Below are positions 7,438 through 16,402 of a DNA stretch of 64,000 nt, piece by piece. The stretch is from Patescibacteria group bacterium (GTDB lineage: Bacteria; Patescibacteriota; Patescibacteriia; UBA1558; GWA2-36-10), in contig JAGORJ010000001.1 of assembly GCA_018062885.1 (NCBI GenBank), positions 151-64,150 on the forward strand. Reading direction: 5' to 3'. The stretch's first letter is position 1. Each line of letters begins with the position of its first letter. The position numbers and the translations under genes were made by a program. The notes below the pieces were generated by a model, which did not search any database, had not been told where the DNA came from, and was given only the letters and a program-made list of their open reading frames with translations.

Positions 7438-10400
7438 ATGGCGAATAAAAGAGATAGACGAGAAGGCGGGGAAGATCAAACTCCTGTACCAGAAGCAGAG
7501 GCTTCTTCTGCTCAATTAAGAGAATACGCTGAAACTACTGTAGCTGGTATGCGGCAAGCTCTTGAGGCTTTTAAACGTGCGGTTGAATTAGCGGCTAATA
7601 GCGCTTCTTTGATGGGAAAAGCAGAGAGATTATTTGCAAAAGCAGAACAGAAAATTAATGGTTTGGCTAGCACCATTCAAATAGATAATGTAAAAGATGG
7701 TTTTGTAGCTAACTTAAGTGGTTTAAAGGATAATGTGCTTGAAAATAATGAATCTAATAGAGATGAGTCTATTAATAATCCAGATGTACTTACTCTCAAA
7801 AAGTCTATTAGTGTTAATGAGGTATTAACAGAAGAAGAAAGAAATAATTTTTTAGGAGATATTAAACCAGACATGGATCAAGCTTCTTTAGAAGCGCTTG
7901 GTGCACGATTTTTTGTATTAGCACAAGAAAAATACAAAAATAAAATGCAGTCTTATTATGATAGCTTTATAAGTTCCAGGCCAACACTTAAAGATAGAGT
8001 CGCACAAACATTTATTAAATACAGCAGGGATTTATCAGTACAAACAACAGTTTTTGGTATGAGAAATATTTTTGCTCGTTTTGAAGAAGTGTTGCGAGAT
8101 TACTCTTCTGCTAGTCCATCCTCTCCAGATTCTCAGGAGTCAGGCAATAGCCTTCTGGCTCAAAAATTAACTCCAGACAATATTTTAGCTTCAGTTGAAA
8201 ACAATCAGCCTATTTATGTCAAAGTACATGTAGATGGTGGTGATTTGGAAACCGATTGGTTTGTTGAAAATATAAATATAGATACGCAAAAAGTTTTTGT
8301 TAGTAAAAAAAATGGGGATGATATTTCTAGTAAATGGTTTGATGTTGATGATTTACTCAAGTGGGATTTAGAAGTTGATGAATCTAATCATGGTGATACG
8401 CCTGAATCAGAGCCAAGTTCAGAAGATATCTCAAAAGAGAAAACGGAACTAATTAAAAAAGCGGCTGAGGAATTAGACGCTACCTCTGATTCTTTGAGAG
8501 CTGATGATTATGGTATTAATGCTGAAAAGGCAGCAGATTTAGTTAGTAGTAGTATTGAAAAAATTCAAAATCTTGACCATAATTTGACTATCAACGAATT
8601 AAATCAAGCCATTACAGAAATTAATAGTAGTTTAGATGTAAACTTGGAAGCATTAAAAGTTTCGTTAATAGACCCCAAAGAAGTTCCATCTGGCGCAGCA
8701 GAAGAGCCAGTAGAGACACCAGCCCCAGAAGATCCTGTCTTATCTACTGAACAAACTCCAGAGGTGCAACAAGAAAAATTAAAACTTGTTGATATCAAGC
8801 CAGAAAAAATTAAGGAGATTTTAGAAAGCGCTAATGTTGTTGCTCAGCTAAAAGATTTATTACTTCAAAAAGAAGGTGCTGGTTCAGCAGGCTTACAAGA
8901 AAGTATTGTTGAAGTTTTACAAAATTATTTTACCGAACAAAATTTAAATTTAAACTCAGAAGCACAGGAAAATTTGAAGGCAATGATTGAAAATCTAGCC
9001 GCAGAAACCTCTGAGCAAGTCACTCAAGCTTTTGCTAGCTCTTTGGAACAGCAGGCTAAAATTGATTCGGGTTGGTTTGATAAAGTCAAACAACATATGT
9101 CTGCTTTGATGGGTGCTAGATTAGCTACCACCTTTGCCATTGGTATTGGCGCAACTGCTTTAGCGCCAGTTATAGCTCCTATGTTAGGCATGGCAGCTGT
9201 TGGTTGGGGTACGGTTGGCCTTGCTGGTGGTATAGCGGGTTTAGGTAGATATTTTGGTAATAAAATTTTTACTAAATTTCAGAAGTCTGAAAAAAATATT
9301 AATAAATTAAAATCAAAAGAAGAAGAAAAAATAGAGCAAAGAAAAGCGGTTTTACTAGAAGAAAACTTTATAAATGTTGATTCTTTGGCAGCTGTAATGG
9401 CTAACACCTTAAGAACAAGCACTTCAGAAGATTTTCGTACTGGTCAAATCTTAGATAGTGAAGGTAATTTTTCTGAAGAAGTTGCTGAAACTTTGAAAGC
9501 AAATATTCAAAATTTACTGGATAATGATCCGCGTTATGTTGGTTTAAGTCCAGAGGAAAAAATACTAAAAGCAAAACAACTCTTTACTATTTTGTCCATG
9601 GAGCTTATTCAGCAAAGTAGAAATATTTTTGATTTAGATAAAGACAAAGAAGATCCTGCTATGATCAAAGCTATGCAAAAGTTGCAAAGTGTGTTGTCTG
9701 GAAAAATTGAAGGAATAGACAAACTAAATGTTGATAATGATTTTGCACAAGCAGGCGCAGCTGCTTTGGTGGGTGCTGGTTTAAGAGTTGCTTATACTCA
9801 CAGTGCACTTGCAGCTTCAGCAACTTCAGCTTTGTCTGGTGCTTTGATGGGCTGGTCTTTAGCTTCGGCTGAAGCAAAGCATTCTATGCAAGAACAATAT
9901 TATAAGGATGTTGAGGAAATCTTAGATTTAGGCGAGAGTATGCTTAGTGATGTCGTTTCTAATAAAAATTTTGAAAATAAAAATGGAGAGTGGAAGCAAA
10001 AAAAATACATAGATTTAGAAAATAAGGTTATTCCTGTAAAATCAATGCTATCTTTAAAGCTTGGTGATAATTATATTCTCACAGACCCGGTACTTCGAGC
10101 TAGGGCAGAAAATTTTATTCATCAATTTGGTCAATATAAAACTCTTGAGATGAAGATTGAGGGTACCCGTATTTATGATCTTGATCAAAATCAACTCTTA
10201 AAAAATTTACAGAAGAATATAAATTCAAAAAATGACCATTCTGTAGAAGAAATAGCTAGAAACCAAAAATGGGATCAGCGTTTTACTAACTTGTTTAGGT
10301 ATTCTGCTACACTCACTGGCGCAGCTATTGGTGGAATTATTGGTTTTGCCTCTGGAGGGTCAATGGAGTCAGCTGAAAATAACACAGGGTCTTCTGCTCA

Positions 10401-12327
10401 AGAAACAAATACTGCGGACTCTTTAAGTGTAGCTTCACAAGATTCTACAAAAGTTTCGGCAGATAGCTTGAAGCAGTTTACGGAAAATCCAGCAGATTCC
10501 ACAGCAACAGAAGCATCTGATGTTGTAAATAATGCAAATGTAACAGAAAATTCTGGTTCTGCTTCAGTGTCGGGAAATTCTCCGGATCAAGCTGCTACAA
10601 CTGTGATTGGTACACATGAAGTTATTACCACAAAGACCGGCACTTTAGAAAATGTTATTCGTACAGAAGATGGTATGCAAGGCAATGATTCTATCTGGCG
10701 TTCTACCAAAGATATAATCAAAAGTGACCCAGAAAAATTCGGCTACACCGGTGATCATGATGATCTTGGAGCTATCTCAAAATTTGCAGAAGCCAAAACT
10801 GCTAGTTTAGTGAATCAGCTTGAGCAAGCACAAGGTGGTGATTTAGCTGATTTGGTACATAATGGTGATAAGGTGATTGTAAGTTTTGAGGATGGTAAGC
10901 CCGTTTTAAGCTTTGAAGATAGTTCTGGTATAAAAGCTGGTCATTTGCCTGATTTTACAGCCAAGACAGAAATACCAAGTCCAGAAACGATAATGCCTGA
11001 AACACCTTTGGTTCCAGAAGCTCCAGTATTACCAGTGGTGAATGCAGACGAGTTCTTTGGTGGTAAAATTGCTTATTCTGCTGATTTATTTAAAGAAGTG
11101 GCTGATAAGCCAGAAATTTTGAATCAAGTGGCAGAAAAAGTTTTTGAAAATGGCTCGCCAGAAGTACAGAAACAATTTTTACATGATTTGTATCCAGATT
11201 CTTTTATGGATAATACAAATAAAGCATCAGTATTTTTGCACTATGTGGAAAATGCACCAGATATTAGTGTGAAAGATTTAGACAGCGTCAAAGATTTAGA
11301 TACCTGGGTAAATAATTTTGATGCACAAGCTAATAGTGATGATTTACCAGGCAAAAATTGGGAAGTTAGATTATTGACTGATGATAAAGGTAAGACATTT
11401 TATGCTATGGTGCATGAAAGTAAAAATCGTCTTTTTGCTCAAGATGAATTTGAAGTCAATAATCTCAGTGGTGAAATTTTCAAACTAAAAGAAAAGGTTT
11501 TAGAAAACTGGCTTCAAAATTCAGAAAACAATTTAGTGCCAGCAGCAGAAGAATTACCACCTACAACGACCGCACCTGAAACTCCAGTTGCTCCAATTGA
11601 GCCGATTATTGAAGCTCCAGATACCAATGCTAATGAAGCACAAGGATTATCTAGTGAAGATTCAGCTACATCAGAAAATATACCAAGTTCAGGTAGGGTG
11701 GATGATATCCGGTTAGAGGGTGGCCAAACTCTAAATTTTAATTATGATGAGTCTGGTAAGGTGACTGGGATTGGTCTGGGGGGTGAAATTTCTGGTGAGC
11801 CTGAAGTATTAAGAGGTGATTTTCGTGCTATTTTGAGAATGAAGCTTGGTAATCTTAGGCCAGGTGACATCAGTGTGGTGTCGCAAGTTGCTCGAAAAGT
11901 TGATTTACAAATGGATTTTTTGAATAATTTAGTAGAAAATGGTAAAGCTGATACTCCAGAAGCAGAGTTCTTGGCTGATAGAATCTTGAAAGATGTTGCT
12001 GAAGTCGAAAAGAAATATGGCGATGTGTTTAAAGACATTAAAACGGAGGCTGATGGTAAATTAAGTTTTGTGGAGACTGTTCCAGAAGCTGCGCCCACAG
12101 CGCCAATCGAGACTCCAGTTGAAGCTCCAATAGAAACAGAAATATCGACTGGTGGTGGCGCTAATTTTAAGATTTTATCTCAAATGCAGGAAAACGCTAA
12201 ATTCTATGACACACAGGATAATGTATTTACCAAAATAGACGGTAAAATATTTAGAGCCGATCCTTTTGGTGAAATGACTATTGAGGTGAGGGGTCAAAAA
12301 GATTTAGATAATTTATATCAAAAATAA
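7438..12327 (+). CDS. Giant (1629 aa) acidic low-complexity protein with internal glycine-zipper TM hairpins and PExP-rich linkers
   Basis: No signal peptide; about 12% Asp+Glu; hydrophobic Gly/Ala-rich segments (ATTFAIGIGATALAPVIAPMLGMAAVGWGTVGLAGGIAGLG; AGAAALVGAGL...SGALMGWSLA; LTGAAIGGIIGFASGG); repeated P-E-x-P/APIE motifs. Confidence 0.7.
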   Translation: MANKRDRREGGEDQTPVPEAEASSAQLREYAETTVAGMRQALEAFKRAVELAANSASLMGKAERLFAKAEQKINGLASTIQIDNVKDGFVANLSGLKDNVLENNESNRDESINNPDVLTLKKSISVNEVLTEEERNNFLGDIKPDMDQASLEALGARFFVLAQEKYKNKMQSYYDSFISSRPTLKDRVAQTFIKYSRDLSVQTTVFGMRNIFARFEEVLRDYSSASPSSPDSQESGNSLLAQKLTPDNILASVENNQPIYVKVHVDGGDLETDWFVENINIDTQKVFVSKKNGDDISSKWFDVDDLLKWDLEVDESNHGDTPESEPSSEDISKEKTELIKKAAEELDATSDSLRADDYGINAEKAADLVSSSIEKIQNLDHNLTINELNQAITEINSSLDVNLEALKVSLIDPKEVPSGAAEEPVETPAPEDPVLSTEQTPEVQQEKLKLVDIKPEKIKEILESANVVAQLKDLLLQKEGAGSAGLQESIVEVLQNYFTEQNLNLNSEAQENLKAMIENLAAETSEQVTQAFASSLEQQAKIDSGWFDKVKQHMSALMGARLATTFAIGIGATALAPVIAPMLGMAAVGWGTVGLAGGIAGLGRYFGNKIFTKFQKSEKNINKLKSKEEEKIEQRKAVLLEENFINVDSLAAVMANTLRTSTSEDFRTGQILDSEGNFSEEVAETLKANIQNLLDNDPRYVGLSPEEKILKAKQLFTILSMELIQQSRNIFDLDKDKEDPAMIKAMQKLQSVLSGKIEGIDKLNVDNDFAQAGAAALVGAGLRVAYTHSALAASATSALSGALMGWSLASAEAKHSMQEQYYKDVEEILDLGESMLSDVVSNKNFENKNGEWKQKKYIDLENKVIPVKSMLSLKLGDNYILTDPVLRARAENFIHQFGQYKTLEMKIEGTRIYDLDQNQLLKNLQKNINSKNDHSVEEIARNQKWDQRFTNLFRYSATLTGAAIGGIIGFASGGSMESAENNTGSSAQETNTADSLSVASQDSTKVSADSLKQFTENPADSTATEASDVVNNANVTENSGSASVSGNSPDQAATTVIGTHEVITTKTGTLENVIRTEDGMQGNDSIWRSTKDIIKSDPEKFGYTGDHDDLGAISKFAEAKTASLVNQLEQAQGGDLADLVHNGDKVIVSFEDGKPVLSFEDSSGIKAGHLPDFTAKTEIPSPETIMPETPLVPEAPVLPVVNADEFFGGKIAYSADLFKEVADKPEILNQVAEKVFENGSPEVQKQFLHDLYPDSFMDNTNKASVFLHYVENAPDISVKDLDSVKDLDTWVNNFDAQANSDDLPGKNWEVRLLTDDKGKTFYAMVHESKNRLFAQDEFEVNNLSGEIFKLKEKVLENWLQNSENNLVPAAEELPPTTTAPETPVAPIEPIIEAPDTNANEAQGLSSEDSATSENIPSSGRVDDIRLEGGQTLNFNYDESGKVTGIGLGGEISGEPEVLRGDFRAILRMKLGNLRPGDISVVSQVARKVDLQMDFLNNLVENGKADTPEAEFLADRILKDVAEVEKKYGDVFKDIKTEADGKLSFVETVPEAAPTAPIETPVEAPIETEISTGGGANFKILSQMQENAKFYDTQDNVFTKIDGKIFRADPFGEMTIEVRGQKDLDNLYQK

Positions 12328-12355
12328 CCATTCGACTTCGCTCAGGATGACATGA

Positions 12356-12382
12356 AAATACCTGCTATTATGCGGGTATTTT
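12356..12382 (+). terminator. Terminator for the giant gene
   Basis: atacctgc-tatta-gcgggtat hairpin followed by TTTGATT. Confidence 0.45.
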
Positions 12383-12406
12383 GATTAAAGATAAATAAAA
12401 AAAGAA

Positions 12407-12436
12407 CCCGCCAAATCACTGCTGTGACTTGGCGGG
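12407..12436 (-). terminator. GC-rich terminator for minus-strand gene 12462-13394
   Basis: cccgccaa...ttggcggg stem; on the minus strand it is followed by TTTTTTTATTT. Confidence 0.55.
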
Positions 12437-12461
12437 CTTGCGCAATGCGCGACGGAAGGTT

Positions 12462-13394
12462 CTAGTGTCGGTGTGGGCGGGGCATGGCGCCGCGTTTGGA
12501 TTTCTCCTTTGCGGGCTGCTGCTCCGTTGTTGGTAAGGCGCTGAGTGAGATTTGCTCCGTGACGGGTTTTGGTACCGTCAAGGTTTGGATGAAGTCAAAG
12601 TACTGCACTACGCCGTGCTTGACTTTCATCTGCTCCCAGCGTTTGCCGCGAGTGGTGCTCAGTTGCTCATCGACGGCAGCGAGCCCGGTGTTTAGCAAGG
12701 TATTCATTGTGTCTTGCATACACCAGAGTTCGCTGTTTCTTGTTTCAGAGTTTATGAACTCACCGCGCCCGACGAATCCGTTCATGTCGATTGGCGTAGG
12801 CGTCCAGTCCTTGTTCTCCAAGACCTGGAGTCTCCCATCAAGCTCCTTGTCCTTCTCTTCCAGGGCCAGCAAGCGCTGGGCGTTGGGGGAGTTGGCCATG
12901 ATCTGGGCGATCATCGGCCGACTGTCTTGCTTGCTGTTGACGACTCGTTCAATCGCTCGACTCAATGAATCTACTTGGGCAGGAGTGTAGCCATTGACTG
13001 CAGTGTAGCCAGCAGATCCAAGAGCTGCATACATCGCACGACGTCCCATCCATTGGATATGGTTGGATTGCTGTGCGGCAGCGGTAGTAAACTTCGGGTA
13101 CCAGCATACCCGGTTGTCCTCGATCTTGCAGTCGCCCTTGTAATAGACTGTGTCCCCATTGGACACCTCAAATGTCAGGCGGTACTGCTTGATCGGCTGG
13201 CCCTTATTGTTCCATTTCACCAGCCATGGGGCCATCTCGGGCTTGGTTGGGGCCCAGCTGGCCATGGTGGCGGAGCTGTCGGGGTTGGTTTTGGTCAGGT
13301 TGCTGTCGTCGGCGTCTGCCTGGCTGATGTTGCTCGTGATGAGCGTCATGATGGCGATGAGAGCCATCCAAATGTACGAAGTGTGATTCTTCAT
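12462..13394 (-). CDS. Secreted protein of unknown function, high-GC (about 55%); probable start at second Met (MKNHTSYIW)
   Basis: ORF track gives 12462-13415; GGAAGGAAG RBS precedes the Met at 13394; signal peptide IWMALIAIMTLITSNISQADA; coiled-coil LLALEEKDKELDGRLQVLE. Confidence 0.6.
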   Translation of the reverse strand: MKNHTSYIWMALIAIMTLITSNISQADADDSNLTKTNPDSSATMASWAPTKPEMAPWLVKWNNKGQPIKQYRLTFEVSNGDTVYYKGDCKIEDNRVCWYPKFTTAAAQQSNHIQWMGRRAMYAALGSAGYTAVNGYTPAQVDSLSRAIERVVNSKQDSRPMIAQIMANSPNAQRLLALEEKDKELDGRLQVLENKDWTPTPIDMNGFVGRGEFINSETRNSELWCMQDTMNTLLNTGLAAVDEQLSTTRGKRWEQMKVKHGVVQYFDFIQTLTVPKPVTEQISLSALPTTEQQPAKEKSKRGAMPRPHRH

Positions 13395-13483
13395 GGGTCT
13401 TCCTTCCGTTCTCATATTTTTGGGCTAAAAGCCCGTTTGTGTAGGTGCGATTCGGCTAGAAACAGATTCTAGCTTGACTAAGT

Positions 13484-13512
13484 ATTATATACTATTTTAA
13501 AACATTTGTCAA
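13484..13512 (-). promoter_or_regulatory. Perfect-consensus TTGACA-N17-TATAAT promoter on minus strand driving 12462-13394
   Basis: rc of 13507-13512 is TTGACA, rc of 13484-13489 is TATAAT, 17-nt spacer. Confidence 0.5.
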
Positions 13513-13562
13513 GGATTTTTGGAACCGTCTAGTTTTGTTAGGCTTTTTGTAAAAATATAAGA

Positions 13563-13591
13563 TTGACAGATTTTGATTTTTAGTGTATGAT
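13563..13591 (+). promoter_or_regulatory. Near-consensus TTGACA-N17-TATGAT promoter driving 13682-14680
   Basis: TTGACA 13563-13568, 17-nt spacer, TATGAT 13586-13591; divergent from the preceding promoter. Confidence 0.5.
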
Positions 13592-13681
13592 AATAAATCA
13601 AACAATTTTGCCTTACAAGGCATTTGTTTGCTCGATCTTCGACAAAATCATCACACAAAAAGCATATCAATGGGGGAAAGC

Positions 13682-14680
13682 ATGAAAAACGCGATGTTGG
13701 GACTCATTTTTGGCCTTTTGGCCATGCTCCAGTTCGCTTCGGCAGCTGAAAAGGTGGGAACGTCTTTTCTTAATCGTTCTGATCTTGAGGTTTGGGGCAC
13801 CAGTCAGTTGGTTACCACTTTCGAGGGAGACAGTCTGGCGAGAAACAAATGGTCCTATGCTATTTTTGGTGCCGAGCTCTGGATCAACGGCCGTCAGTCC
13901 TTGGATGTCTTCTCGATCAAGGCTGAAGGACAGCTGGCCTATGGCATCAAGGCCGAGAATCTGCTGACAGAGGCTTTTGCTCAGCAAGATTGGCGTCAGG
14001 CTTCAGGTCTGGGTGCCAGTTTTCGAGCTGGACAGTACCAGCATTTGAGCAGGGCAAACTTCGCTCTTCCGCATGAAGCTGCTCTGCCTCGTCGGATGGA
14101 CGTGGAAGTGCCCTTTACCGAGAATCTCTCGGGCGGAGCATTTTCCGCCTACTGGGATCAACAGGATACGCTCAAGATTCCTGCTGGTTTCAAAATGAGC
14201 TGGGGCTTTGGTAAGTCCAGGCCGATGCCACAGCAGAGCTGGGACACGCTATTAGTAGCGTTTCCGGAACCGCGGTGGAGCTGGGGAGCTGCATACCACA
14301 TCACAGGGTATTTTGGGGCCACAGAGCTCCATCTGGGCTGGGAAAAGGAAGTGGGGCACAATGCTTCGCTTTATATTGCCCCCCATGTAAATGTGGACTT
14401 GGGCTTGAGCTGGACCTACAGTTTTCACCCACACTCCGAAATTGCGCCGGACAATCTCTACGCAGCCAAGCTCAGCTGGAGATTCTGGCAGTCGCAAACC
14501 GAGAAGCACAGCTTCTCGGTGGTCAGTGGCCTGGATTTCGGAGACCAAACCGAAGCCTTGCAAGCCTTGTTGGGCTATCAGTGGAAGCTGCCCATCGAAG
14601 GTTTCGTGAAGCTTCAGGCGGGTTATGATGGTCGCTATGAGCAGCCGGTGGTTGCTCTGCGTTACTATCTGAGACTGTGA
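13682..14680 (+). CDS. Secreted beta-strand-rich protein, outer-membrane beta-barrel-like, high-GC (about 57%); start at internal Met (MKNAMLGLIF)
   Basis: ORF track 13583-14680; GGGGGAAAG RBS before the ATG at 13682; signal peptide LAMLQFASAAEK; alternating hydrophobic/polar strands through the C-terminus (LSWRFW, SFSVVSGLDFG, LLGYQWKL, VVALRYYLRL). Confidence 0.55.
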   Translation: MKNAMLGLIFGLLAMLQFASAAEKVGTSFLNRSDLEVWGTSQLVTTFEGDSLARNKWSYAIFGAELWINGRQSLDVFSIKAEGQLAYGIKAENLLTEAFAQQDWRQASGLGASFRAGQYQHLSRANFALPHEAALPRRMDVEVPFTENLSGGAFSAYWDQQDTLKIPAGFKMSWGFGKSRPMPQQSWDTLLVAFPEPRWSWGAAYHITGYFGATELHLGWEKEVGHNASLYIAPHVNVDLGLSWTYSFHPHSEIAPDNLYAAKLSWRFWQSQTEKHSFSVVSGLDFGDQTEALQALLGYQWKLPIEGFVKLQAGYDGRYEQPVVALRYYLRL

Positions 14681-14700
14681 ATGTGTGATTCGATGAATTC

Positions 14701-14740
14701 AGCGGCGGGAACCTTTGGGATCCCGCCGCTTTCTTTTTTG
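14701..14740 (+). terminator. Strong GC-rich rho-independent terminator closing the high-GC island
   Basis: agcggcggga / tcccgccgct perfect 10-bp stem followed by TTCTTTTTTG. Confidence 0.65.
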
Positions 14741-14836
14741 TCCAAAATTGCTTAAAATATAGGTGTAAAGGGATGGGCTTTAAAAATCTTGACATTTATT
14801 TAAAAATGTGTTATTTTAATATGATATCTAAACAAT

Positions 14837-16369
14837 ATGTTTGATAATTTAGAACAAAAAAATATTCCTGAAAAAGCCAAAACTGGCCCTGAAAAATGGC
14901 AAGATTTTTGGCTTCCAAGCGAAAACAACGATTATCACCCACATTCACTGCAATTTAGACGCATGTTCTTTTATGCAAGTACTGCTGTATTGATGAAAGT
15001 GATTGTGGCTCTTTTTGTGGTTGCCCTGCCTATTACGGCTTGGTTGACACCGGATATTTTGACCCAAGAAAGTAAAAAGATAGTCTCCTTGACCAATGAT
15101 TTAAGACAAAGTCTCAATGTGCCCGTTTTGACAGAAAATCAGACTTTAAACCTTGCTGCCTATGGCAAGGCTGAAGATATGTTGTTACAACAATACTTTG
15201 CCCATATTGGTCCAGATGGCAAGAGAGTGTCTAGTTGGCTAAAGGATTTGGGATATGACTATTATATGGCTGGGGAAAACTTGGCTATGGGCTTTGCTTC
15301 AGCTGAAGAAGTGGTTGAGGCTTGGAAAAATAGTCCTACTCATTATGCTAACTTAGTTGACCCAAGTTTTACGGAAATTGGTGTCAGTATGCTCAGTGGA
15401 GAATATAATGGCATGGACACAAGCTTGGTAGCCCAGATGTTTGCTTATCCAAAAATCGTGGTGGTAGCTGATGAGATTGTAGTGCCAGCTCCAGAAAATC
15501 AAGTACCAACACCAGAAGTAGTGGAAACTCCAAAGCCAGTAGAAACTAAGATTATCCAAGCTACTAAAGTTCCTGTAACTCCAAAACCTGTTGTTGTTCA
15601 GACTCAAAATTCAGCTCCAGTTGTAGAAGTAGTAGAAAATCAACCGGCAAATGATTTGAAAAATGCCAACCTTGTTAGTGAAGAAAATATTGTTATTTCA
15701 GCCGGCATTGAAACGCCTGAGGAAACAGTAGTAGATTTATTAGAACCAAAAGAGGATTTAGTTTTAGAAAACGTAGAAGCTAATAATACAAGAGAGGAGA
15801 TTGTGACGCTTTCTGAGACTAATGAACTTGTGACAGATGTGACGCCACCTGAAGTGGATTTATTAAAAACAAAAATTATCATTGATCAGCCGGATAACAA
15901 GGCGGAGGCAATCATCAAGATAGATGCTTACCTAAGTCTTGATACACAAGAAGTTTTTGTTTCTTGGGCAGGAGAAAAAATTAGTCTGGCAAATGTTGGT
16001 GATGGTCATTGGGTGGCTTATGCTACTTTGACAGCTGAACAAGCCGACAAAATTTTGAATCCAATTATTTTGCCAAATATTACGGCGATTGATGCGTTTG
16101 CTAATAAAAGTGTAGTGGATTTAGGTCTTGAACAAATCAAGCCAGTTAAAACTTCTTTGCTTAATCAGTATTTTTTCCTCAAAAAAATCAATGCAGATGG
16201 AGCAGGAACTTTGTTTAATATTTCAATCATTTATTATAAAATTTTTGCTTTACTGTTGAGTATTGCTTTGGCTCTGAATATTTTTGTTCATATCAAAAAG
16301 CAAAATTATAGAGTAATTGGTTCAGCGGCAATGTTTTTGATTTTATTAGCCCTGTTAATCATTTTTTAA
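14837..16369 (+). CDS. CAP/SCP (PR-1-like, YkwD-type) domain protein with N- and C-terminal TM anchors and Pro/Val-rich linker
   Basis: CAP core NLAAYGKAEDMLLQQYFAH...GENLAMGF...AWKNSPTHYANLVDPSFTEIGV; PTPEVVETPKPVETK linker; C-terminal hydrophobic helix. Confidence 0.75.
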   Translation: MFDNLEQKNIPEKAKTGPEKWQDFWLPSENNDYHPHSLQFRRMFFYASTAVLMKVIVALFVVALPITAWLTPDILTQESKKIVSLTNDLRQSLNVPVLTENQTLNLAAYGKAEDMLLQQYFAHIGPDGKRVSSWLKDLGYDYYMAGENLAMGFASAEEVVEAWKNSPTHYANLVDPSFTEIGVSMLSGEYNGMDTSLVAQMFAYPKIVVVADEIVVPAPENQVPTPEVVETPKPVETKIIQATKVPVTPKPVVVQTQNSAPVVEVVENQPANDLKNANLVSEENIVISAGIETPEETVVDLLEPKEDLVLENVEANNTREEIVTLSETNELVTDVTPPEVDLLKTKIIIDQPDNKAEAIIKIDAYLSLDTQEVFVSWAGEKISLANVGDGHWVAYATLTAEQADKILNPIILPNITAIDAFANKSVVDLGLEQIKPVKTSLLNQYFFLKKINADGAGTLFNISIIYYKIFALLLSIALALNIFVHIKKQNYRVIGSAAMFLILLALLIIF

Positions 16370-16402
16370 AAACAGTTTTTTAATTTTTATTATATTAAAT
16401 AT

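Noticed and set aside
12484-13472. Several long ORFs (12484-12990, 12714-12968, 12975-13472, 13150-13386, 13667-13987, 13710-13967, 14158-14795) overlapping the island genes on other frames or the other strand
   Set aside because: High GC suppresses stop codons, giving long spurious frames. They lack RBS and signal features, and the chosen genes have signal peptides, RBS and consensus promoters.
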